DNA from: Methanomicrobiales archaeon | Lineage (GTDB): Archaea; Halobacteriota; Methanomicrobia; Methanomicrobiales; Methanospirillaceae | Direction: 5' to 3' | NCBI GenBank assembly: GCA_037137755.1 | Contig: JBAXJR010000020.1 | Location: 1-40,532, forward strand | DNA: 40,532 nucleotides | In this document: positions 10,201 to 17,027 of the stretch, in pieces | How the letters are laid out: each line of letters starts with the position of its first letter | How positions within the stretch are numbered: position 1 is the first letter of the stretch | Notes under the pieces: generated by a model | What the model was told of the DNA's origin: nothing | Database searches by the model: none | The model's input: only the letters and a program-made list of their open reading frames with translations | Made by a program: the position numbers and the translations under genes

Positions 10201-10446
10201 ATACGGGTCTCGCACACGATCACACCGGACTGGGTCACGGTTATTTTTGATGACAATGGTATTGGTATATCTGCTGATAAGAAGGAGCGGATCTTTTTCC
10301 GCGGTGAAGGAGCACGTGCTTCCGTGCGTGGTCTCTTTTTTGTACAGGAGATCCTCTCAATCACCGGCATTATCATCCGTGAGACCGGCGAGCCGGGTAA
10401 GGGTGCAAGGTTCGAAATGACGGTGCCGAAAGGAATGTATCGATAA
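7282..10446 (+). CDS. Multi-PAS + PocR-domain histidine-kinase-like protein with degenerate H-box
   Basis: 4 PAS domains joined by coiled-coil linkers, PocR domain (IQSMMDDFNALTHIGIAILD..G..LVATGWQDICTKFHR..PETCANC...YRCKNNMWD...PI.IGG.HVGNLFLGQF), HATPase-like end. H-box reads TRQDL. Start set at ATG 7282, which overlaps the upstream TGA (TGATG); the ORF track starts at 7255. Confidence 0.88.
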   Translation: MTAGKKTLGEKKSDTPACEYSLWDSEEKYRRIVETSHEGIWAMNGQFVTTYVNERMAEMLGYTVNEILGKTIQSFMSGEDLADQQQKIEERMHGQPGSYERRFRAKDGTILTFNVSATPIMGDQGSFEGSFAMLTDITARKRSEEELLKNAEELHASYEEITAIEEELRANLDELTRKEQELQESETKYRTVIEQSHDGIFIAQDGIIVFFNTSFSSMTGYPDSELAGRSIADMIAPEDRELVMARHHDRLKGILHSEVYEFSVLHHDRMSRIPVKMKVKSANIRGKPATIGTLHNMTDERNRERALQESRRQLDSMATNIPGVVFRYYVNPDGTSGFDYISGRSREILGLENDKATFDNRFTEGIVPENRERFLSSIQHAVTTQTLWEFDSPYVKPSGEKIWVSAVSSPIMEHDRLIFDGAFFDITQRKRAEVELVKKNEELNASYEQIAAAEEELRGNLDELTRQERALRESETQLRATLESTADGILAVDNTGKMVLASRRFAEIWKIPPSLMERGNDQAMLDFVLNQLTDPDAFLKKVQELYNSDAVDMDTLTFKDRRVFERYSFPMIQDGVRIGRVWSFRDITERKKAEDEIVKKNEELNASYEQIAAAEEELKGQFDALAESEQMIRESEGRVRNKLESLLSPGGDIGNLDLADIINVQEIQSMMDDFNALTHIGIAILDINGKILVATGWQDICTKFHRVNPETCANCAESDTLLSSGVEPGTVKRYRCKNNMWDLVTPIVIGGSHVGNLFLGQFLFEDESVNDELFRAQAVRYGFDEQSYLDALDRVPRWNQETIDTVMAFYTKFARMVSTLSHSNITLARTVTERDTTLNSLLKVNQKLNVLSQLTRQDLTTQIFIVNSFLEMAKKQAKGQDGIIKNIESGERAVRSIKEITEFTKDYQNMGEKPSRWQNVKLAFLLGLSHISIGEIRHSLETETLEIFADPLLEKAFQGLLENTVAHGGHVSEIRVSHTITPDWVTVIFDDNGIGISADKKERIFFRGEGARASVRGLFFVQEILSITGIIIRETGEPGKGARFEMTVPKGMYR
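8593..9134 (+). repeat. 59-nt intragenic direct repeat (8593-8651 and 9076-9134) encoding KKNEELNASYEQIAAAEEEL
   Basis: The two copies differ at 3 synonymous positions; a diverged third copy (KNAEELHASYEEITAIEEEL) lies near 7726. Confidence 0.9.
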
Positions 10447-10492
10447 TCTTTTTCCCTAGGCTACATTTCCATAGTTTCTTTTTTTATTTCAC
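10447..10492 (+). terminator. T-rich archaeal terminator candidate after the kinase operon
   Basis: TCTTTTTCCC...GTTTCTTTTTTTATTTC directly after the TAA at 10446. Confidence 0.5.
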
Positions 10493-10536
10493 TTCTTACC
10501 CTCTTTACGTCCCATAAGGGGCAGGAGAGAAAAGAA

Positions 10537-11034
10537 ATGTCTGATTTCGTACAGAAGGCAAATGTCAAGCGGTCGGTCCGTACTCTTACGACCAAGATTG
10601 CTGATGTTGCAGCCTTAAACACCCTTGTACAGGGTGTCATCGATACCAACGCATTCCAGTGCGTGGACCACCTTGTAGCCGGTGAGACTCATCCCGGTAC
10701 CAGCCGTGGAACACAGTCATTCGGTATCCGTGTGGTCTATGAGAACCCGACAACCCTGAAGAACATGGGTAATGCCACCGCAAAGGCATCAACTGTTGCA
10801 GGTTATACCGCAGCATCGACCGCACTTGTGGGAAACACTGCTCTTGCGACCGCAATCGGCGGGACTGCAATCCAGGACACTGAAAATGAAGGGTATTCCA
10901 TCTCGCTGAACTGCCATGATGCAAACGGCGAAGATTATACCGTCACGTTCACCAGGAAGGCCGTCACCATTTCGTCCTACGAGGACAATGCGATTGTCGC
11001 CCGCGAAAAGATCGTGCTGCATTTTCTACATTAG
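10537..11034 (+). CDS. Conserved hypothetical protein (Methanomicrobiales 'MxDFVQ...CHDxNGE' type), C-terminus possibly replaced
   Basis: GGAG RBS upstream and coherent Ala/Thr/Gly-rich composition. The last ~10 residues (REKIVLHFLH) look foreign and coincide with a switch to AT-rich DNA. Confidence 0.7.
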   Translation: MSDFVQKANVKRSVRTLTTKIADVAALNTLVQGVIDTNAFQCVDHLVAGETHPGTSRGTQSFGIRVVYENPTTLKNMGNATAKASTVAGYTAASTALVGNTALATAIGGTAIQDTENEGYSISLNCHDANGEDYTVTFTRKAVTISSYEDNAIVAREKIVLHFLH

Positions 11035-11055
11035 GCACTTTCTACAGTTAAGGAA

Positions 11056-11102
11056 AAAACACGAAGATTATACGTAATTCGAATTACGTAAGCACGTGTT
11101 TT
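11056..11102. repeat. Perfect 20-bp palindrome TACGTAATTCGAATTACGTA (11071-11090) inside an outer inverted repeat AAAACACG/CGTGTTTT
   Basis: Read directly from the sequence. Confidence 0.95.
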
Positions 11103-11379
11103 ATTTAAGGTCTCTGGACTTTATCCGAATAAAAGTCAACCCGTATTTTTGAGGTTTCTCGGGGAAATCCCGTTATTTTCAAAATCCGCACGTATCTTCA
11201 CAAGCCATTTTCAAAATTTCACGTAAAATATTGGTTCTTTTTTTTAATGGATTTTCCAGATTTTACAAGTCTAATGTACTATCGAAATACCCATCAGTGA
11301 GACAGGTATACCTGCTATGTATTCAACTGCATTTTCGGGTAAAAACTGGATACAGGTTCCGATCCCATAACAATTGTGG

Positions 11380-11853
11380 TTATGTGAAAAGTGACGGACA
11401 ATTTTCTTTGGAAAGGTGAAAAACCTCCGGTTTAGTATCCTTATGAAAATCGGTGTCACGCATCCCCAACATCCCACGGAGCTTATCTGACATCATAATT
11501 GTTGTTCGGCCTTTTTGTATGTCTACATAAGCGGTCATATTCTCCCCAAACATCCTAGCAATATCTTCTTTTAAACGATATCTTTTATTCACCTTTACAA
11601 TCAGGCCGGCTGTTTTCAGGAGATAAAAATCAGATCTTGTATAGCCATGAATTGTTTTCAACACACTGAACGGCACATGTGACGAATTAAACACAGTTAC
11701 AACCAGAATCCATAATAGAAATCTGTATCTAAACGCTCCCATCCCCTTGATTGGGGACGTAGTTCCACTGGGGCCACGTGTTTTCCTTACCGGTGGTCCC
11801 TGGTTCCATCCTCTGTTATTCCGGTATTGCGGATCGCATAACGGCGTTTTCAT
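11380..11853 (-). CDS. Hypothetical basic protein (157 aa), possible winged-helix DNA-binding protein
   Basis: GGAGG upstream of ATG 11853, which overlaps the upstream stop (ATGA). DFYLLKTAGLIVKVNKRYRLKEDI resembles a wHTH recognition helix plus wing. Confidence 0.6.
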   Translation of the reverse strand: MKTPLCDPQYRNNRGWNQGPPVRKTRGPSGTTSPIKGMGAFRYRFLLWILVVTVFNSSHVPFSVLKTIHGYTRSDFYLLKTAGLIVKVNKRYRLKEDIARMFGENMTAYVDIQKGRTTIMMSDKLRGMLGMRDTDFHKDTKPEVFHLSKENCPSLFT

Positions 11854-11999
11854 GCTGATTTCTCCTCCTTCCCTGTCCTGGTGAGATAGTACTCCTCTAT
11901 TACCCACTCACCACTCTTAACGAACACTTCAATCGCAATCTGGCGGTGGAGATCACTTGGCAGATGGTCAAGCAGTTCTCTTGTGATTTTTCGTATCAT
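11850..11999 (-). CDS. Small hypothetical protein (49 aa) absent from the ORF track: MIRKITRELLDHLPSDLHRQIAIEVFVKSGEWVIEEYYLTRTGKEEKSA
   Basis: AGGAG upstream of the ATG, stop TGA overlaps the next ATG, TATA-like TTTTATATA on the minus strand near 12101-12109. Confidence 0.65.
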   Translation of the reverse strand: MIRKITRELLDHLPSDLHRQIAIEVFVKSGEWVIEEYYLTRTGKEEKSA

Positions 12000-12140
12000 G
12001 ATGTTGTCTCCTATAACCTGAATTAAGCAATATTTCCGCGTATTATCTACTTTAGAGCCTTCAATAGGCCCCGTATAAAAACAATGTTAACAAGTACTGC
12101 TATATAAAATGTTCGATTAAAGACCTCTAAATGGATAATG

Positions 12141-12228
12141 CAATTACATATGGAGTCGGATTAAATTTTCGGGGTGTAAGGATCGGCCGTTGTAAAAACC
12201 GGCGATTATCCAGAGCCAATTACATATG
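12141..12228. repeat. 12-bp direct repeat CAATTACATATG (12141-12152, 12217-12228)
   Basis: Exact match, 76 bp apart, between the integrase 3' end and the small-gene promoter. Confidence 0.85.
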
Positions 12229-12399
12229 AAAACCGATCATGCATAGGGACTTCGACACGCGCAGAAAGCTGATTTGATCTCATGTAAAAAAGGTGAAATT
12301 TAAGGAGATTTTTCCAATAATTGGTGACTCGCCACACGGTCATCTTGCATAATCACGTTCAAAATTCCAGGGTCTAAAAAAATTATCGAATATTAGAAG

Positions 12400-13644
12400 T
12401 TAAGAGGTTGAGTTTTTGGCAAGAGCTGGTAATTCCATCTTTATCTTCTCCATAATTGCCTTGTATACAGGGTGATCTTCGATCGCTGTCACTGCGGTTG
12501 AGAGGTCGGTAGTTGCCTCGCCGGTGAGCGGCCTGCCACACGTATTACAGAATTCCTGCGTGGGTGCATTGATGGTATTGCAGTAGAGGCATTGTCGTGC
12601 AGCCATGCTGCTTGCCTCGGTATCCTTTGTCCTCTTGATTCCATGGATGGTAAATATTTCATCGTCGATGGTCTTGTTCGTGAGGTGAGCATAGGTAGCA
12701 AGCATCTTTGTCCCTTGGTGCCCCCAGCAGATCTGTTTTATTGTGCTATCATGGTACCCCTCCTCATGCATGTGAGTCACACGGGTATGCTTGAAGAGGT
12801 GCGGATGTATTGCCTTCTGAATCCCTGCCCGTTTCGCGATCTTTTTGATCTGTGCAGATAACCCCGCATACGTTGTCGGAGTATTCCGATTGGACACGAA
12901 CACGAGCCCCTCAGGCTCGATGGGGAAGGGATAATCATTTTTCCATGCAGAAAGATACGGCACAGCAATAAGGAGCCTTACATAGCGAGGGATACCCGTC
13001 TTGAAATCGACATTAACCTGGGCACCATACTCATCGAACTTCACCATGTTCCAGGTGAGTCCGCCAATATCACCGATCCGGAACCCTCCCTCGTAGAGAA
13101 CTGCAATCATGGCGCGATCGCGGCTGTTCAGGCAATGCTGGATCATAGCCTTGATCTCATCACGGGTAATAAGTTCATCGGCAGTAACGGTCATATTATC
13201 AATAGCCGGAACTTTGATCTTCCGGAGTTTCTCGAGGGATACTGATGAATACGAGTTCTCTATTAGCCACGTATAAAACCGCTTAAGTAACCCGATATGG
13301 TCCCTCAGGGAGTTCTGGGTGTAGGGTGTGCCGTACCGGGTCTTCGCTTCCTTAATGCGTTCAATCCCCGCGTAGAGATCAAGAATGGTGTTCTGGGTAT
13401 ACGGTCCGATCCGGGTACGCCATATGGTAAGGATGTAGATCAGCTTTCTTTCGCGAATATCACAGATCCCCTCTGTCGCCTTCAGTTCCGTTGTGTAGAG
13501 TCGGATCAGCTGGTGATCTTCCCTTAATATTTGCCCCTCTTCTAGGGCGCGATTGAGGGTATGATCGGCATACTCGGGTTTGTCCTTATAAAAGGGCTTG
13601 TCTTCCCGCCGGGGAGCTCTCCGGGGGATATCAGATTCTGGCAC
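12400..13644 (-). CDS. int: Tyrosine recombinase/integrase with C-terminal zinc ribbon
   Basis: RDRAMIAVLYEGGFRIGD (Arg I), FKTG (Lys), HPHLFKHTR (HxxR position is Lys), WGH, ATYAHL (Tyr), CLYC...CNTC. Likely GTG start at 13644, 25 nt below a TTTTAAG TATA box; the ORF track extends it into the tRNA. Confidence 0.9.
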   Translation of the reverse strand: MPESDIPRRAPRREDKPFYKDKPEYADHTLNRALEEGQILREDHQLIRLYTTELKATEGICDIRERKLIYILTIWRTRIGPYTQNTILDLYAGIERIKEAKTRYGTPYTQNSLRDHIGLLKRFYTWLIENSYSSVSLEKLRKIKVPAIDNMTVTADELITRDEIKAMIQHCLNSRDRAMIAVLYEGGFRIGDIGGLTWNMVKFDEYGAQVNVDFKTGIPRYVRLLIAVPYLSAWKNDYPFPIEPEGLVFVSNRNTPTTYAGLSAQIKKIAKRAGIQKAIHPHLFKHTRVTHMHEEGYHDSTIKQICWGHQGTKMLATYAHLTNKTIDDEIFTIHGIKRTKDTEASSMAARQCLYCNTINAPTQEFCNTCGRPLTGEATTDLSTAVTAIEDHPVYKAIMEKIKMELPALAKNSTS

Positions 13645-13740
13645 GTTATGTTGATACGGGAGCCTATTCTTAAAACTTGCGTTGAAAAGATCCCACCGCG
13701 GAACGGGGGATGCAGAAGGGATTTTAACTTTAAATAGGAA

Positions 13741-13812
13741 CGCCCCGGCCGGGATTTGAACCCGGGTCAAAAGCTCCGCAGGCTTCTAGGATGTCCACTA
13801 CCCTACCGGGAC
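13741..13812 (-). tRNA. tRNA-Arg(GCG)
   Basis: Reverse complement GTCCCGG...GAAGC-CTGCGGA-GCTTT...GGTTCAAATCC...CCGGGGC-G folds as a cloverleaf with anticodon GCG; CCA not encoded. Confidence 0.96.
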
Positions 13813-14009
13813 ACTGGCGTTATCAGACTATGATCTGACTCAATAACTTCGTTTTCATGGCTTAAAAACATGTGCATCAATAGAAATTCAGAAATTTACG
13901 CGTTTAAAATTTTACATTCAAGAACATTCATCACGCAAAACGTTGACATATAAATAAGCCCGGTTTAAACGGAGCAATTTCCAGTCCGGCCTTGTAGAGG
14001 TGAATTCAG

Positions 14010-14336
14010 ATGTCTGATGCAGAAGAAACCATGCCCCGTCTCTTTACGTATGAGCATACGGCCAGAAGATGGGAACTCCTTGTCCGTATATTTTACAGTA
14101 TTGCAATAGCAATTGTCCTCATTGTGTATGGATTCATTGCAGGAATTCTAATGTTTATCCAGTGGTTCGTGATCCTCATTCTAGGCAGACGCAGTGAAGG
14201 CCTCTCTGATTTCATCCGTGGGTATCTTGAATATCATGTCCATGTGCTGTCGTATACTTCGTGGATGACCGATAAGCGACCAGGGATAATGCCAAAGTCG
14301 GTAAAGATTTTTGAAGAAACACCCCCGGAACAATAA
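14010..14336 (+). CDS. DUF4389-like small membrane protein
   Basis: GAGGTGA RBS; ELLVRIFY...IQWFVILILGRR...L.DFIRGYLEY...Y...MTDKRP pattern. Confidence 0.75.
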   Translation: MSDAEETMPRLFTYEHTARRWELLVRIFYSIAIAIVLIVYGFIAGILMFIQWFVILILGRRSEGLSDFIRGYLEYHVHVLSYTSWMTDKRPGIMPKSVKIFEETPPEQ

Positions 14337-14522
14337 CGTTTACATAACAGGTTACCAGCGCGGGGATCCGGCATCACTTGTTAAGGAAATACACCTTTTT
14401 TCCCCTGATCCCGGAAGCCCCCCATGTCATGGGGCACTTTTCTGATTGACAAGAAGAAACAAATTTACCTGTTCATCATTGCTATACGTACAACGAAAGC
14501 ATTCAGGAGCATTGACAAGGTT

Positions 14523-16214
14523 ATGGAGGTCTCAAACAGGGAGATTGCGTCAAAGTTATTATTGATCAGTGAACTTCTGGAAATTACCGGAGACAATGTC
14601 TTTAAAATCCGTGCATTCAACAGGGCTGCGGACGTCATTGAACGTATCAATAACCCTGCAGCAGTAATGAGTGAAGAGGAACTCAATTTGGTCCCGGGGA
14701 TAGGCCCGGCGATTGCAAAGAAGGTGCGGGAGATCGTTGCTACAGGTACCTGCAATGAACTCGAAGAACTCCGTGCAAAGGTACCACCATCACTGGTAGA
14801 ACTTCTTAACCTGGAGGGGGTCGGCCCAAAAACTATTTCAGTTCTCTGGAAAAAAATGAATATCCAGAGCATCGGGGACCTTGAGAAGGCGGCCAGTGGT
14901 CGTCGCATACGGTCTCTGAAGGGATTTGGTGAGAGAAAAGAACAGGGATTTCTTAAGTCAATTGCTCTTTATCGTGCGGCTGGCGGACGGATGAACAGGG
15001 CTGATGCAGAAGCAGTTATCAATAGGCTTGCAGGATCCTTCCTACCGGGAACATGGGTGGTTGCCGGGAGTTATCGCAGGGGAAAGAGCACGATAGGAGA
15101 TATTGATATCGTTACTACAGAATCCCCGTCCTTCATCAATCCAAAACTCAAAAATAGTGCGGACGAAATGATCGATGAAGGTGAACGCCGGACATCTGTG
15201 CGTGTCCTGGGGCAGCGGGTCGATATCAGGTTCACCCATGAACGGCAGCTGGGTTCCATGCTTATCTACCTGACAGGGTCAAAAGAATTCAATATCCGCC
15301 TCCGGGAGATTGGAATCGAAAAAGGCCTGAAGGTGAACGAATATGGTGTAGAAGAAAGGGTAGATGGAAGGCTCCATGAATTCTCCGCTGAAAAAGATAT
15401 GTTCGCATTCCTGGGAATCCAGGATATTGTACCTGAACTACGTGAAAACCTCGGGGAAATCGAACTTGCAAAAAATTACCAGTTGCCACAGTTAGTCGGA
15501 CCGGCTGATATACGGGGAGATCTCCATATCCATTCGGATTGGAGTGACGGGACGCTTACATTGGAACAGCTGGCGACCAACGGTGAGGCACTTGGATATG
15601 AATATATCCTCTGTTCTGATCATTCTGCAACCCTCGGTATCACCCACGGTCTTGATGAAGAACGATTGCAACAACAATCCCATGAAATTGAACGGGTGAA
15701 CAGGATGGGGGGGGCCTGCACGCTGCTGCATGGCAGCGAAGTTGACATCCTCTCGAATGGCTCACTGGGACTCCCGGACCATGCTCTTTCTGACCTGGAC
15801 ATTGTTATTGCCTCTGTTCATTCCGGTCTGAAAGAGGAACGTGACTCAATGACCCGTCGCGTGATCAGGGCTGTTGAGAATGAAAACGTGGACATTATCG
15901 GGCATCCCACGGGCAGAATCCTGGGCAAACGGGCTGCATTTGAAATAGATATGGCAAGGGTAATCGATCGTGCCAGCGAAACAGGTACGTCACTCGAATG
16001 TAATGCATCTCCCTGGAGGCTTGATCTCGATGATATGGATATCAGGCATTCGATAGACAAGGGGGTTCGCATTTCACTTGGCACTGACACGCACCATGAG
16101 ACGGAATTTTCAAACATGCGTTATGGTATTACCATCGCCCAACGGGGCTGGTGCAGTGCCAGGGACATTTTAAACAGCCTTACATTGCAGGATCTCCTGG
16201 ACTGGGCATCCTAA
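14523..16214 (+). CDS. polX: DNA polymerase X with PHP domain
   Basis: NREIA...FKIRAF, HhH motifs (VPGIGP, LEGVGPK), GSYRR...GDIDIV, RVDIR, TGSKEFN. PHP motifs HIHS..SDG, SDHS, GSEVDI, HPTGR, GTDTH. Start placed at ATG 14523. Confidence 0.93.
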   Translation: MEVSNREIASKLLLISELLEITGDNVFKIRAFNRAADVIERINNPAAVMSEEELNLVPGIGPAIAKKVREIVATGTCNELEELRAKVPPSLVELLNLEGVGPKTISVLWKKMNIQSIGDLEKAASGRRIRSLKGFGERKEQGFLKSIALYRAAGGRMNRADAEAVINRLAGSFLPGTWVVAGSYRRGKSTIGDIDIVTTESPSFINPKLKNSADEMIDEGERRTSVRVLGQRVDIRFTHERQLGSMLIYLTGSKEFNIRLREIGIEKGLKVNEYGVEERVDGRLHEFSAEKDMFAFLGIQDIVPELRENLGEIELAKNYQLPQLVGPADIRGDLHIHSDWSDGTLTLEQLATNGEALGYEYILCSDHSATLGITHGLDEERLQQQSHEIERVNRMGGACTLLHGSEVDILSNGSLGLPDHALSDLDIVIASVHSGLKEERDSMTRRVIRAVENENVDIIGHPTGRILGKRAAFEIDMARVIDRASETGTSLECNASPWRLDLDDMDIRHSIDKGVRISLGTDTHHETEFSNMRYGITIAQRGWCSARDILNSLTLQDLLDWAS

Positions 16215-16352
16215 AAAAATGGTAACAGACCAATAATAACAATCAATTAAGGAGTGAGTGAATAATCAATAAGGTTCCGGAACACGGTATGAACTTTATT
16301 GCCTCGATATCAAATGGAGGAGAGAAAATAAGTACTACCGGAGGTCACGGTT

Positions 16353-17027
16353 TTGATTTACTGGATATATGAAGGACTTATCGAACGTCAGCTCTCGCTC
16401 CTTCCGGCCAATATCTGCGTAATGATCACCGAACAGGATATGCAGGACGCCCCTGATAAGATCCTTGCCTGTACCAGGTGGTGTATTGATATTTCTGAAG
16501 GGGTTGCCGCAAGGGCACCCGAATGCGAGGTCGAGGATAGTGCCAGGGGAACTGATAGCTGTGGCCGGGACGACCATGCCATCAAGGGCCTGACATTCCA
16601 TATCAGTACAAAGGAAAATTCGTCGATTGAAAAATATTTGCCGGTAATCAGGAGAATCGGAGATATTGCTCACCTGGTCATCCATTACAGGGAACATACT
16701 GAAGAAAGTGGTGCGGGTCTTTTTGTTACTGTTGCTGTCGGGAAAAGCGGGCGGGAAGAAATAACAGAATGTATCAAATCAATGGCCCGGAGCCATGTCC
16801 CGCCTGAGCAGGTGGACGAAAAGCTTCTCGAATCATGCCTGACATTCAAATATACTCCGGATTTTGTGATAAAAACCGGTGGCGACCACCTGACCGATTT
16901 CCTGATATGGCAATCGGTGTATTCTGAACTTTTTTTCTCAGATATTAACTGGAAATATTTCCGGAAAGTAGATGTCCTCCGGGCACTCCGTGATTACCAA
17001 TCCCGGGTCAGGCGTTTTGGGAGGTAA
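16353..17027 (+). CDS. cis-prenyltransferase-like non-catalytic (Nus1/NgBR-type) subunit
   Basis: PDFVIKTGG.HLTDFLIWQSVYSELFF...W..F and C-terminal RRFGR (RxG), but no N-terminal DGNRR. TTG start after GGAGG. Confidence 0.8.
   Translation: MIYWIYEGLIERQLSLLPANICVMITEQDMQDAPDKILACTRWCIDISEGVAARAPECEVEDSARGTDSCGRDDHAIKGLTFHISTKENSSIEKYLPVIRRIGDIAHLVIHYREHTEESGAGLFVTVAVGKSGREEITECIKSMARSHVPPEQVDEKLLESCLTFKYTPDFVIKTGGDHLTDFLIWQSVYSELFFSDINWKYFRKVDVLRALRDYQSRVRRFGR

Larger units (their letters stand above)
11005..13740 (-). mobile_element. Small integrative element or island end next to tRNA-Arg (integrase, two small genes, palindrome/repeat-rich DNA); left boundary uncertain
   Basis: Tyrosine integrase just downstream of the tRNA 3' end, AT-rich non-coding flanks, 9-bp direct repeat GAAAAGATC at 11005-11013 and 13684-13692. 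No duplicated tRNA 3' end seen in the window. Confidence 0.6.

Noticed and set aside
11071-11090. Palindrome as a protelomerase (hairpin telomere) site
   Set aside because: The adjacent enzyme looks like an ordinary zinc-ribbon integrase and nothing else suggests a linear replicon.
13645-13770. Integrase frame running into the tRNA (MTRVQIPAGA...), suggesting an SSV1-type split integrase
   Set aside because: The extension is just the translated T-arm and spacer, with a stop a few codons further up. A TATA box 25 nt before GTG 13644 explains a complete gene, and no int(N) fragment is visible.
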